Shown here one piece after another: positions 19,826 through 28,960 of a stretch of 64,000 nucleotides of DNA (its first letter is position 1; each line of letters opens with the position of its first letter). The position numbers and the translations under genes were made by a program. The DNA is from an uncultured Gemmatimonadales bacterium (GTDB lineage: Bacteria > Gemmatimonadota > Gemmatimonadetes > Gemmatimonadales > Gemmatimonadaceae), in assembly GCA_963793305.1 (NCBI GenBank), contig CAWBZV010000006.1, positions 39,874-103,873 of the forward strand. Direction: 5' to 3'. Under the pieces are notes generated by a model. That model did not search any database, was not told the origin of the DNA, and saw only the letters and a list, made by a program, of their open reading frames with translations.

Positions 19826-22279
19826 ATGGATACGCTCCTCTATGACGTCAGGTATGCCGCACGGAAGCTTCTCAACACTCCGTCCTTTACGGCCATCGCC
19901 GTTCTCACACTGGCCCTAGGGATTGGGGCGACAACGGCGGTCTATAGCGTCGTTGATACGGTCTTGATTCAGCCGTTGCCGTTCAAGGACCCGAGTCAGC
20001 TCGTGCTGATCCAGTCGACGGATCGCGACGGCACTGCAGACGACGCGTCCCCACTGGACCTCATCGACTATCGCGACCAGAACCGCACGCTCAGCGGCAT
20101 CGTGATGATGAAGTCGCCGAGCTCCGTCAGCCTCCGTCGCGACGGCATGGAGACGATTCGCCTCAACGCAGAGCGGGTCAGCGCGAACTTCTTTTCAGTC
20201 CTCGGCACGCAGCCCGCGCTCGGCCGCGTATTCGCGACGGGCGAAGATGGGCCGGGCACCCCTCTCGTCGCCGTCCTGTCCTACCACACGTGGCGCGACG
20301 ACTATAATGGCGATCCGCACATTGCCGGCACGTCGATCCGTCTCGACGACACGCTCTACACCGTCGTCGGCGTCGCTCCGCCGGGTCTCACGTATCCAGA
20401 GACGCCCGACGTTTGGGTCGCGTACCACCTGCAACCGTGGGAGATCAGGCCGGAGAACAGAGGCATGCACGAGTTGCTCGCCGTCGCGCGCATCAAGCCC
20501 GGCACCACGGTCGCGGCCGCGCGTGCGGACCTCGACGAGGTCGCGAGCCGACTCGCCGCGCAGTATCCAAAGTCGAACACCACGGTCCGTGCCCGGGTCT
20601 CGCCACTCAAGGCGCAGATGGTCGACCCGGCAAAGGACGCGCTCCTCGCGGTTCTGGGCGCCGTCGTGCTCGTGCTCCTCATCGCTTGCGCCAACGTCGC
20701 CAACTTGCTGCTCATGCGCGCCGCGGGACGTCAGACCGAGATCGCCGTCCGCACCGCCCTCGGCGCCAGCCGCGGTCGCGTCGCCCGCCAACTCGTCACC
20801 GAGCACGCGCTCCTCACGCTCGCCGCGGCCACGCTCGGCGCGGTCTTCGCGGTGTGGGCGATCGAAGCCGTCCGCGCCTATGGCCCGCGGGCGCTGCCTC
20901 GCCTGGATGAGCTGGCGGTGAACCCGCGCATGCTGTTGTTCGCCGCGACCATTGCGATCGCCACTGGTCTTCTCTTCGGTCTCGCTCCCGCGATTCAGGC
21001 CTCGCGGACGGACGAAGCGGTGCGCCTCCGCGAGGGTGGCCGCAGCGGCGGCAGCTCGGGCCGCATGACTCGCACCCGGTCAGCGCTCGTTGTGGCCGAG
21101 ATGGCCCTGGCGGTGGTGCTGCTCGTTGGCGCGGGACTGTTGTTGAGAAGCTTTGCACGGCTGACGCACGTCGACCCCGGATTCCGCGCCGACCGGGTGA
21201 TCGCGTTCGACGTTCTGCTGTCGAGGCGCTACGAGCACGACCCGCAGACGAATGCGTTCGCGTCGAGTCTCATCGACCGCTTGCGGAGTTTGCCCGGCAC
21301 GATCGACGCGGGTGTCACCGACGCGTACCCGTTCGCGGCCCTCAAGTCATTCGGGGCCAGCACCTCGTTCAATGTGGTCGGGCAGCCACCCGCCGCCCTT
21401 GGACAGGAGCCGACCACAGACCTGGCCGGCGTGTCGTCGGGATACTTTCGCGCGCTCGCCATCAAGTTGTCGAAGGGTCGCATCTTTACCACGGCCGAAG
21501 ATTGGGGCGACACGCCTCCGGTCGTCGTGATCAACCAGGCCTTCGCCCGCAAGTTTTTCGCCGGCCGGAACCCAATCGGTGAGCACATCGTGCTCGGCAT
21601 CAGCCATTCGACCGGACCCAAACCCACCGATACGTTGACGTCGCAAGGCGAGATCATTGGCGTCGTCGCCGACACGCGCGACGCGTCACTCGCGGACAGC
21701 GTCCGGCCCTGGACGTATGTGCCGTTCGGCGCGCTCCCCTTCCATGTGTCCGGGGTCCTCCGCACCACGGCGGATCCGGCGACGGCAACGCGGGCGATCA
21801 TCGCCACGGTCGGCGCGATCGACCCCGAGGTGCCGGTCTACGACATCTCGACGATGAATCAAGCGCTCTCCGCGTCGGTCGCCCAACCGCGGTTCTTCAC
21901 CGTATTGCTCGGCGCATTCGCCGCGATCGCGCTCGCGCTGGCCGCACTCGGGATCTATGGCGTGATCTCGTACTCCGTGAGCCAACGGACCAGCGAGTTG
22001 GGCATTCGCATCGCGCTGGGCGCCGCACCCGACCGCGTGCTCCGACTGGTCCTCGGCGGCGGCATGACATTGACCGCCGCGGGACTCCTGGTTGGCGTGC
22101 TCGGCGCCATCGGGTTCACGCGCGCGATCTCGACACTGCTGTTCGGCATTCCGCCGTTCGATCCGTTGACCTACATCGGAGTCGTGTTCGGCTTATCGGC
22201 GGTCGCGCTCTTCGCCTGCTGGGTGCCGGCCCGGCGCGCCGCGCGCGTCGATCCGGTTATCGCGATGCGGACCCAATAA
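19826..22279 (+). CDS. ABC transporter permease, ADOP/MacB-FtsX duplicated type
   Basis: [74 protein letters not shown]. Confidence 0.93.
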   Translation: MDTLLYDVRYAARKLLNTPSFTAIAVLTLALGIGATTAVYSVVDTVLIQPLPFKDPSQLVLIQSTDRDGTADDASPLDLIDYRDQNRTLSGIVMMKSPSSVSLRRDGMETIRLNAERVSANFFSVLGTQPALGRVFATGEDGPGTPLVAVLSYHTWRDDYNGDPHIAGTSIRLDDTLYTVVGVAPPGLTYPETPDVWVAYHLQPWEIRPENRGMHELLAVARIKPGTTVAAARADLDEVASRLAAQYPKSNTTVRARVSPLKAQMVDPAKDALLAVLGAVVLVLLIACANVANLLLMRAAGRQTEIAVRTALGASRGRVARQLVTEHALLTLAAATLGAVFAVWAIEAVRAYGPRALPRLDELAVNPRMLLFAATIAIATGLLFGLAPAIQASRTDEAVRLREGGRSGGSSGRMTRTRSALVVAEMALAVVLLVGAGLLLRSFARLTHVDPGFRADRVIAFDVLLSRRYEHDPQTNAFASSLIDRLRSLPGTIDAGVTDAYPFAALKSFGASTSFNVVGQPPAALGQEPTTDLAGVSSGYFRALAIKLSKGRIFTTAEDWGDTPPVVVINQAFARKFFAGRNPIGEHIVLGISHSTGPKPTDTLTSQGEIIGVVADTRDASLADSVRPWTYVPFGALPFHVSGVLRTTADPATATRAIIATVGAIDPEVPVYDISTMNQALSASVAQPRFFTVLLGAFAAIALALAALGIYGVISYSVSQRTSELGIRIALGAAPDRVLRLVLGGGMTLTAAGLLVGVLGAIGFTRAISTLLFGIPPFDPLTYIGVVFGLSAVALFACWVPARRAARVDPVIAMRTQ

Positions 22280-22299
22280 GCGACGGAATAGGCGTAGTC

Positions 22300-22393
22300 G
22301 GGGGGTCCGGGGGGCGTCCTTGGGGTTTGCCCCCCGGAGGCGAACCGACCAGTCGAGCAGCGCGAAGCGCTGCACGACGTGCCGCGGAGCGGC
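22300..22393 (+). repeat. 94-bp structured dispersed repeat, copy 1
   Basis: GGGGGGTCCGGGGGGC...GCCCCCCGGAGGCGAACCGACCAGTCGAGCAGCGCGAAGCGCTGCACGACGTGCCGCGGAGCGGC; matches 22513-22606 and the reverse complement of 47345-47438. Confidence 0.9.
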
Positions 22394-22512
22394 ATCGTGT
22401 TCGGCCTATCGGCGGTCGCGCTAATCGCCTGCTGGGTGCCGGCCCGGCGCGCCGCGCGCGTCGATCCGGTTATCGCGATGCGGACCCAATAAGCGACGGA
22501 ATAGGCGTAGTC

Positions 22513-22606
22513 GGGGGGTCCGGGGGGCGTCCTTGGGGTTTGCCCCCCGGAGGCGAACCGACCAGTCGAGCAGCGCGAAGCGCTGCACGACGTGCCGCGG
22601 AGCGGC
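22513..22606 (+). repeat. 94-bp structured dispersed repeat, copy 2
   Basis: Identical by eye to copy 1. Confidence 0.9.
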
Positions 22607-22682
22607 ATCGTGTTCGGCCTATCGGCGGTCGCGCTAATCGCCTGCTGGGTGCCGGCCCGGCGCGCTGCGCGTGTCGATCCGG

Positions 22683-23960
22683 TCATCGCGATGCGATCGG
22701 TATGACAGTTCGTCGTCGCTGCGCTGTGGCGCTCACACGCTCCTTGACGACGAGGCTGCCGCTGACGGCGACGGGGATCGAGCTCGATTGCGTTGTCCCA
22801 TCGCCCAGCTGTCCGTGATCGTTCATGCCCCAGCAGTAGGCGGTGCTCGATAGTGTGACACCGCAGGCGTGGGTCGTGCCGATGGACACGCTCCCGAACT
22901 CGAGGCCGCCGGCCACGGGAAACGGTACAAGGCTACTGCACGGCGCCGTGTTCGTCGTGATGCTATCGCAACTCACGATCGGCGCGCTCGGATTTCCGAG
23001 CTGTCCATACCCGCCCCAGCCCCAACAGTAGACGGCATTCGCCGTGGTAATGCCGCACGTCGTGAGCGCGATCGAGTTCGCGCTCGATGTGATGACACTC
23101 CTGAAGACGAGGGCTTGCCCGACCGGCGTCGGTATCTCGGTGTTCGCTGTCGTGCTGTCGCCGAGGTTGCCGGCGTAGTTCCACCCCCAACAATAGAGTG
23201 CACCCGCTCCGGTGAGACCGCACGTGTACAGCGAGCCGGCGGAGAGTGAGGCGAACTTGGGTGCTCCAGCGATCGCCAACGGCGTCGTCGACAACGGTAT
23301 TGAATCGGGCGAGGCGGCCAGCTCGCCGACCAGGTTCTCGCCCCAGCAAAACGTGGTGCTGTCGGCGGTGAGCGCGCACGTGTGCCAGAATCCCACCGAG
23401 ATCGCCGTCCAGCGCATGCCCCCTGCCACCGCAACCGCCGATGGATGCCGCAGCGTGTCGCCGATGCCGAGCTGTCCGAAGTAATTCTCGCCCCAGCAGT
23501 AGGCGGTGCCGGCTTTCGTGAGGCCACACGCGTGGGACGGACCGGTGGCGATCGTAGCGAGCGGCGGCAGACCCGAGGTCACCGAAGTCGGCACGGAGTC
23601 CGAGTACAAGCTCCCTGGACCGTCGTTCAGCGTCTGGCCCCAACAGAGCGCGAGCTCGCCAGAGAGGCCGCACCGGAAGAACTCGGCCCCGCTCAACGCG
23701 GTGAACGTGTGATTCCCGGCGACCGCGATCGGGGTCAACTCTACCCCGACTGAGTTGCCGTTCCCCAGGGCACCGCCCGTGTCGACTCCCCAGCAGTACG
23801 CGCTGCCGCCCTGCGTCAGGAGACACGTGGACTCGTCTCCGGCGGCGATTCCGGATGGCCCTTCCTGCCTGATCGTTGGCCCCGACGGACCTTTGTCGGT
23901 CGAGCACGCAATCGAACACGCGACCGCGAGACCGACGCAAGCCAGGGGCATGACGCGCAT
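22683..23960 (-). CDS. RCC1/BLIP-II repeat beta-propeller lipoprotein
   Basis: Repeated HxCGLTxxGxAYCWGxNxxGQLG units; signal peptide with Cys. Confidence 0.9.
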   Translation of the reverse strand: MRVMPLACVGLAVACSIACSTDKGPSGPTIRQEGPSGIAAGDESTCLLTQGGSAYCWGVDTGGALGNGNSVGVELTPIAVAGNHTFTALSGAEFFRCGLSGELALCWGQTLNDGPGSLYSDSVPTSVTSGLPPLATIATGPSHACGLTKAGTAYCWGENYFGQLGIGDTLRHPSAVAVAGGMRWTAISVGFWHTCALTADSTTFCWGENLVGELAASPDSIPLSTTPLAIAGAPKFASLSAGSLYTCGLTGAGALYCWGWNYAGNLGDSTTANTEIPTPVGQALVFRSVITSSANSIALTTCGITTANAVYCWGWGGYGQLGNPSAPIVSCDSITTNTAPCSSLVPFPVAGGLEFGSVSIGTTHACGVTLSSTAYCWGMNDHGQLGDGTTQSSSIPVAVSGSLVVKERVSATAQRRRTVIPIASR

Positions 23961-23994
23961 GTGCGCGAAAGTACACTGCCCTACGAGTCGACGG

Positions 23995-24384
23995 CTAGGA
24001 TTGACCCGCGAGAAACCTCCAGCCTGCCCGTGTACGGATCAACGTGATGGTCATGTAGCCCGAAAATGTCGCGGTGCCCATCGTCCCCGTATAACTCGTG
24101 GCCAGTAGCGCGACATCGGAGTCAACGATCGTCACGCGCGGCTCGCCATACGTGAAGTGCGCGCCGGGCGGCGTCTGGCTGAGCTGTTTCACCAGTTCGG
24201 CTCTCGACGACACCTTCCCCTGCGCGAACCAATAGAAGCGGGGGTCATCCGCATAGTACTGCGCCAATCCGGCGTAATCTCCGGCATTCAACCGCTGCTC
24301 ATATTCGCGGAACGTTTGCTTGACGCTGTCGGCCACCGACAGCTGCCCTGCGAGGAAGACCATCGCGAAGAGGTGCATGGTCAC
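23995..24384 (-). CDS. NTF2/SnoaL-like (DUF4440-type) exported protein
   Basis: LNAGDYAGLAQYYADD, C-terminal GWRFLAGQS pattern. Confidence 0.7.
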   Translation of the reverse strand: MTMHLFAMVFLAGQLSVADSVKQTFREYEQRLNAGDYAGLAQYYADDPRFYWFAQGKVSSRAELVKQLSQTPPGAHFTYGEPRVTIVDSDVALLATSYTGTMGTATFSGYMTITLIRTRAGWRFLAGQS

Positions 24385-24794
24385 TCATCCGTCGAATGAG
24401 GATCGTATTGCGCCGCGCCCATCACATTGCCTTCGGGATCCCGAAAGAACAGCAGATGCCCGACCGTCGGGATGAGGACTTTCGGGATAACGATGGACCC
24501 GCCGTTCGCCGTGACGGCTGATGCCACCGCGTCGATATCCTCGACCGCGAACGAGCACTCGGCCGTCACGATGCGCTCGCCGGCCGTGAAAAACCGGCGC
24601 TTCTGGAGCGCGCCCCGGATGCCTTGGGACACATCTCGCCCCATGCGGATCTGAAAGAAGTTTGGCGGTCCCCAGGGCTCGAAACGCCAAGCAAACACGC
24701 GCTCATAGAAGCGCTGCGCGCGGTCGATATCGTCGGCGTTGATCGCGAAGTGCGCCATCTGGGCGGGTGTGCGCAGGGAGGTCGGTTTCGGCAT
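24381..24794 (-). CDS. VOC/glyoxalase family protein
   Basis: HFAINADDIDRAQRFYERVFAW, FAVEDID, FRDPEGNV; start chosen 6 nt after TATTCT. Confidence 0.88.
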   Translation of the reverse strand: MPKPTSLRTPAQMAHFAINADDIDRAQRFYERVFAWRFEPWGPPNFFQIRMGRDVSQGIRGALQKRRFFTAGERIVTAECSFAVEDIDAVASAVTANGGSIVIPKVLIPTVGHLLFFRDPEGNVMGAAQYDPHSTDE

Positions 24795-24847
24795 GGCGTC
24801 AGAATACACCGGACGGAGGAAGCCCGCTTGCGCTATATTGACACGAA

Positions 24848-25657
24848 ATGTCGAGATCTCGCCAAGCCGATGGGCCAGCGATTCGGACCTCGGCGATCGT
24901 CTTCCCGTCAGCGTATACGCTGCACTGGCAGGCCATGGACTGGGCGCAGCTCATCTATGCTCTGCATGGTGTCATGACGGTCCACGCCTCGGGCGGTCTT
25001 TGGGTCATCCCGCCCTATCAGGCGATGTGGGTTCCCGCGGGCCACGCGCTTCGCGTGGAGATGGGTGGCCGGGTGTCGATGCGCACCCTGTATTTCCACA
25101 CATCGCTGTGCTCCGCCCTACCGGCCACCTGTCGCGTGGTCAGGGTCTCGCCATTGTTGCGCGAGTTGCTCCTGCAAGCGGTCCGCCTGCGGACGCTCGA
25201 CACGCGCGAGCGAAGCGAGCGCCATTTGATCAACGTCCTGCTCGACCAACTCGCCGTCCTCCCGGTCGCGCCCCTGGACCTCCCGATGCCGCGCGATCCC
25301 CGCGCGGCGCGGGCGGCAGCGCGAGCGCGCGCGACACCGCATGCACGACTGCGCCTCGCGGAGTTGGCGAAGGAGGCGGGCGCGAGTCCACGGACGCTCG
25401 AGCGGCTGTTTCGGGCCGAGACCGGCCTCGCGGTCGGCGCGTGGCATCAGCGCGCGCGGATGCTGCGCGCGCTCGAACTCCTGGCCGCGGGCGAGCAAGT
25501 CACGCGGACCTCGCTCAGCCTCGGCTACGAAAGCCCGAGCGCGTTCGTCGCCGCCTTCCGCCGATCGTTCGGCACGACTCCCGGTCGCTACTTCAGCTCA
25601 CATCGTCCAGGACGCGCTCGCCCGGCCCCACGAAGCTCGTCAACTCGAAAGTCCTGA
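24848..25657 (+). CDS. AraC family regulator with cupin domain
   Basis: QLIYALHGVM, AMWVPAG, SPRTLERLF, LGYESPSAFVAAFRRSFGTTPG; divergent from the VOC gene. Confidence 0.9.
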   Translation: MSRSRQADGPAIRTSAIVFPSAYTLHWQAMDWAQLIYALHGVMTVHASGGLWVIPPYQAMWVPAGHALRVEMGGRVSMRTLYFHTSLCSALPATCRVVRVSPLLRELLLQAVRLRTLDTRERSERHLINVLLDQLAVLPVAPLDLPMPRDPRAARAAARARATPHARLRLAELAKEAGASPRTLERLFRAETGLAVGAWHQRARMLRALELLAAGEQVTRTSLSLGYESPSAFVAAFRRSFGTTPGRYFSSHRPGRARPAPRSSSTRKS

Positions 25658-26963
25658 GGTGATGCGCCTCGAGCGCCGGATCGAAGCCGGCCACACTTAC
25701 GCCGCGCAGCGCTAACCGCTCCGCCGACTCCGCGTACACACCGGCGATCCGGTGCTTGATAACGCCCCCGCCCATATCGCCGGGTCTCAGGTCGTAGAAT
25801 CCACCCTCGATCGCCAATGTCTTCTGATACGCCAGTTGCACATTATCGAGGGTCACGTCGCTGACGCCCCGCAGATACGCGCCACTCTCGCCGGCGCAGA
25901 TCAGGTTATTGAACTGGAGATGCCGGATCGCGCCGACCGGCGCACCTTGGCTACGCGCGAGGCAGGACGCGTGAACCGGCTCGCCAGCGCCCCACCAATG
26001 TGACTCCTGCAGCTCTGTCGTAATGACCATGTCGGAGAACACGAGGTTCTCCACGAGGCCACCATCGCGCACATGGACGCAGATCCCGCGGTTGCTCTTC
26101 TCGATCGTGCAATTCGTGACCGACGCCATGCGAACCGTGCCCGGCCCTTCGGGGTCGATCTTGATCGCTGCCGAGCGTGACGACAGCACGCAGTTCGTGA
26201 CGGCGATATCCTCGGACGGGCCGTACTCGTTGAACATCCGCGAGGCCCGCAGGACAATTCCATCGTCTGCCGCCCGGATATCGCAATTGTCAATGCGCAC
26301 GTGCCGGCAATGGTCGATCCCCATGCCATCACAATTCGGCACGTCCCAATCGTTGCGAATGGTGAGGCTCGTGATGCCGAGGTTCTCGCAACCGACGGTG
26401 TGAATCGTCCACGTCGGCGCGTCTCGAATCGTGAAATCCCGCAACCGCGCGCCGACACACTCGACGAGGAGTATGATGCGCGGCCTGCCATCGGGATGAT
26501 CTTTGCCTGGTTTGTCGTACAGCGGATCATAGGGGCCGAGAAACGGTGACGTCACCTTCCATCCGCCGGAATCCCGTTCGGCGAAATAGGGTCGGAAGTT
26601 CCCGTCGATGACCCCGGGTCCCGCAACGGTCACTCCCCGGGCGCGAAGGGCGAAAATCAATGCCCCCAGCGCCCGGAAGTCATCGCGATCACCACTGGCT
26701 TTGAGCGTCGTACCCGTCTCGATGAACAACGTGACGTTGTCCTTGAGCACGATGGTGCCGGACAGGAATGTCTTGCCAGCCGGGAGCACAACCGTCCCGC
26801 CTGAGCGGGCCGCTGCGTCGACCGCACGCTGAATCGCGGCGGTGTCTTTGGTGACACCATCGCCTTTCGCCCCATATCTCACGACGTCGTACGTCGCGAC
26901 GGCGCGAAGCACCCGAGGGACGAAGAGCCCGATCCCTGCCGCAATCAGAGCTCTTCGTCGCAT
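25593..26963 (-). CDS. GH28-like beta-helix glycoside hydrolase, possible Tat signal
   Basis: YGAKGDGVTKDTAAIQRAVD, PNCDG, ADDGIV; MRRRALI N-terminus. Confidence 0.8.
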   Translation of the reverse strand: MRRRALIAAGIGLFVPRVLRAVATYDVVRYGAKGDGVTKDTAAIQRAVDAAARSGGTVVLPAGKTFLSGTIVLKDNVTLFIETGTTLKASGDRDDFRALGALIFALRARGVTVAGPGVIDGNFRPYFAERDSGGWKVTSPFLGPYDPLYDKPGKDHPDGRPRIILLVECVGARLRDFTIRDAPTWTIHTVGCENLGITSLTIRNDWDVPNCDGMGIDHCRHVRIDNCDIRAADDGIVLRASRMFNEYGPSEDIAVTNCVLSSRSAAIKIDPEGPGTVRMASVTNCTIEKSNRGICVHVRDGGLVENLVFSDMVITTELQESHWWGAGEPVHASCLARSQGAPVGAIRHLQFNNLICAGESGAYLRGVSDVTLDNVQLAYQKTLAIEGGFYDLRPGDMGGGVIKHRIAGVYAESAERLALRGVSVAGFDPALEAHHLRTFELTSFVGPGERVLDDVS

Positions 26964-26972
26964 ACGGGAAAC

Positions 26973-28265
26973 CTATCTCAAGAAGTTATCCACGATGAAG
27001 TCCGCCACGTGGAACCCTTGCTCATGCCCCGCGTCCTCGTCGGTCCGGAAGTGCTGACCGGCAAAGATGCGGCTGTCCGCCACCTCGTGCGCGGCGTCCG
27101 TGAACGTGGTAAACGACCGCGTCACCCCTGGCAACACTTCGGACGTGACGGTGAACGAGAAGTTGTTCGTCGCGAAGAAATTGATGAGCACTTCGGCCGA
27201 TGCCCACGACTCATCCGAATGCGCACCGGGATATGATGGATCGGGCGCCGTCTTCGTGACGAGTGGCAGCCAGGTCGTATCCGGAACCAGCGCGGGATTC
27301 TTCAGGACCGCGGCCTCGCGGATCGCGGTGACCGGCCGCCAGAATCCGTACTGATATTTCGTCCAGAAGTACGTGATGACGTCATCGGCCAAGGTCAAGT
27401 CGAGCAGCGCGAACACGCGCGCCGTCTCTTCGGTGTTGAGGTTGTGCCCGATCGCCGCCGTTTGCGTGATCTCCTGCCAGTAGTCCTGGATGTTGCCGTT
27501 CCAGAACTGACCGGCCTGCGTCTGATCGGCGCTTCTCGTCGTGCTGCCGAGCTTACCGTTGGCCTCGATTTCGTTGAAGGCAGCGACGAACGCCGGGCTG
27601 GTCAGCGTTGGCGGCGGCCCGAGCGGGAACTGCACGGGGCTGGACAACAGGAACAGCTTGACGTTTGGCCACTGCGTGAACTGCGGCTGCTGCTGGAAGT
27701 TGGGCGGCATCGGCTGCCACGTGCCCGGCGCGCCCGTCACGTTGAACAGGGGCTGCGTCGCGTCATGGCCGTCGTTCGCCCGCAGTGCCAGGATGCTGTC
27801 GGCGACTTTCCGGCCGATCCGAACGCCTTCGTTCTTCGCCTTCCCATCAGGAATCGCCGCGAGCAGCGCCTGTTGGATCGAATCCAGCTCCGGCCGGAAA
27901 TCTTCGTACAGATTCACCAGCGCTTCATGCCCGGCCGAGATCGCCGCCGCATCTTCCGAGGCGCCGGCGGCTACCGCGAGACTGATCTTGTAGGGCTGAT
28001 GCCGTTTGGTGATCGAGTTGACGGCGTCATAGATCGACGCATGCAGAATGGCAAATTCCCACGTGGAGTGGATCGTCGGGGATTGCACGCCGGCCGTGCG
28101 CACGATCTTGAGCACTTCCCTGTTCCACTGAATTACCGGATTTGCAACAACAGTCGAGGCCGCGTTCGAGACGGCGAGCGACGGTTTGGACACATTCGAC
28201 GTTGGCGAGTCGCTGCACGCAGCGAGCGCACCAACGGCGAGGGGCAACACGAACAGACGCTTCAT
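26973..28265 (-). CDS. Vanadium haloperoxidase / PAP2 superfamily lipoprotein
   Basis: Lipobox LAAC; KYQYGFWRP, PSYPGAH, SRIFAGQHFRTD vanadate/phosphate-binding motifs. Confidence 0.88.
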   Translation of the reverse strand: MKRLFVLPLAVGALAACSDSPTSNVSKPSLAVSNAASTVVANPVIQWNREVLKIVRTAGVQSPTIHSTWEFAILHASIYDAVNSITKRHQPYKISLAVAAGASEDAAAISAGHEALVNLYEDFRPELDSIQQALLAAIPDGKAKNEGVRIGRKVADSILALRANDGHDATQPLFNVTGAPGTWQPMPPNFQQQPQFTQWPNVKLFLLSSPVQFPLGPPPTLTSPAFVAAFNEIEANGKLGSTTRSADQTQAGQFWNGNIQDYWQEITQTAAIGHNLNTEETARVFALLDLTLADDVITYFWTKYQYGFWRPVTAIREAAVLKNPALVPDTTWLPLVTKTAPDPSYPGAHSDESWASAEVLINFFATNNFSFTVTSEVLPGVTRSFTTFTDAAHEVADSRIFAGQHFRTDEDAGHEQGFHVADFIVDNFLR

Positions 28266-28348
28266 GGGCAGTTACCCTGAGATTGGAGTTGCGCCTCAGA
28301 CTGCCCTCGCTGCCCTGTTATTCCCTGCGTGACGGAGCGGTTACGCCC

Positions 28349-28870
28349 TCATTTCGCCGTAAACGTCGCCGTGCCTTCGATGGTGTCCCAGACGAGCTGA
28401 ATCGCACCACCGGACCCCTGCGGCACGATGTTGATCACGAATTTCTCTACGAACGGCGAGACAGACGTGGTGGTCATCGGGATGCGAGCAAAATCTTGAT
28501 CCTGATGGTATTCGGTCCCCCACTGCTTGGTCTGCTTGTTCACGATGAGCAGCCAGGGACCCGACTTCTGCAGGAGCGAATACAACGTGTACGTCCCGGC
28601 AGGCACGGTGGTCGAACCGAACACCAGATCTTTGTCGGTGACGAACGTCGTCGCCGCATTGGCGCCAGTGCGCCACCAATCCTCGTACGGGATGAGCTTG
28701 CCGACAACCTGGCGGCCGCGCTTCGACGGCCGTCCATAGTCGACGAGCAGGTGCGCGGAACCGATGGTCGCGCGGGTCGTATCGCGCGGCGACAGGATGG
28801 GCTGCCCCGAGTTGTCCTGGGCCACGGCAAGAGCGGGCGCGATGAGAGCTAACAATAGAAGGGATCGCAT
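28349..28870 (-). CDS. DUF2911 family exported protein
   Basis: LSPR, VDYGRPSKRGR, WRTGANAAT, VPAGTYTLY; signal peptide MRSLLLLAL. Confidence 0.88.
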   Translation of the reverse strand: MRSLLLLALIAPALAVAQDNSGQPILSPRDTTRATIGSAHLLVDYGRPSKRGRQVVGKLIPYEDWWRTGANAATTFVTDKDLVFGSTTVPAGTYTLYSLLQKSGPWLLIVNKQTKQWGTEYHQDQDFARIPMTTTSVSPFVEKFVINIVPQGSGGAIQLVWDTIEGTATFTAK

Positions 28871-28960
28871 GGAATCAAGCTGAAGGAGCGAATCGAACGT
28901 GACAAGGTCCTTGCCGATCTGACCCGACACCGTGACACGATGCGTCATTTGTAAAGGACC

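Larger units (their letters stand above)
22182..22705 (+). repeat. Tandem repeat, period 213 bp: three copies of the ADOP 3' end separated by two copies of a structured element
   Basis: tcgtgttcggc recurs at 22182, 22395 and 22608. Confidence 0.95.

Noticed and set aside
22182..22705. CRISPR array
   Set aside because: Unit is 213 bp, intervening segments are identical rather than unique spacers, and no cas genes are present
22182..22705. Diversity-generating retroelement TR/VR pair
   Set aside because: Differences are not adenine-specific, are mostly synonymous, and no reverse transcriptase is in the window
22171..22818. ORFs 22171..22686 (-) and 22327..22818 (+) as repeat proteins
   Set aside because: By-products of a 213-bp (multiple of 3) DNA repeat; no protein-like features
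28899..28937. GTGACA repeats 33 bp apart upstream of the peroxidase as Pho boxes
   Set aside because: Intermediate 11-bp positions do not match; too weak to report
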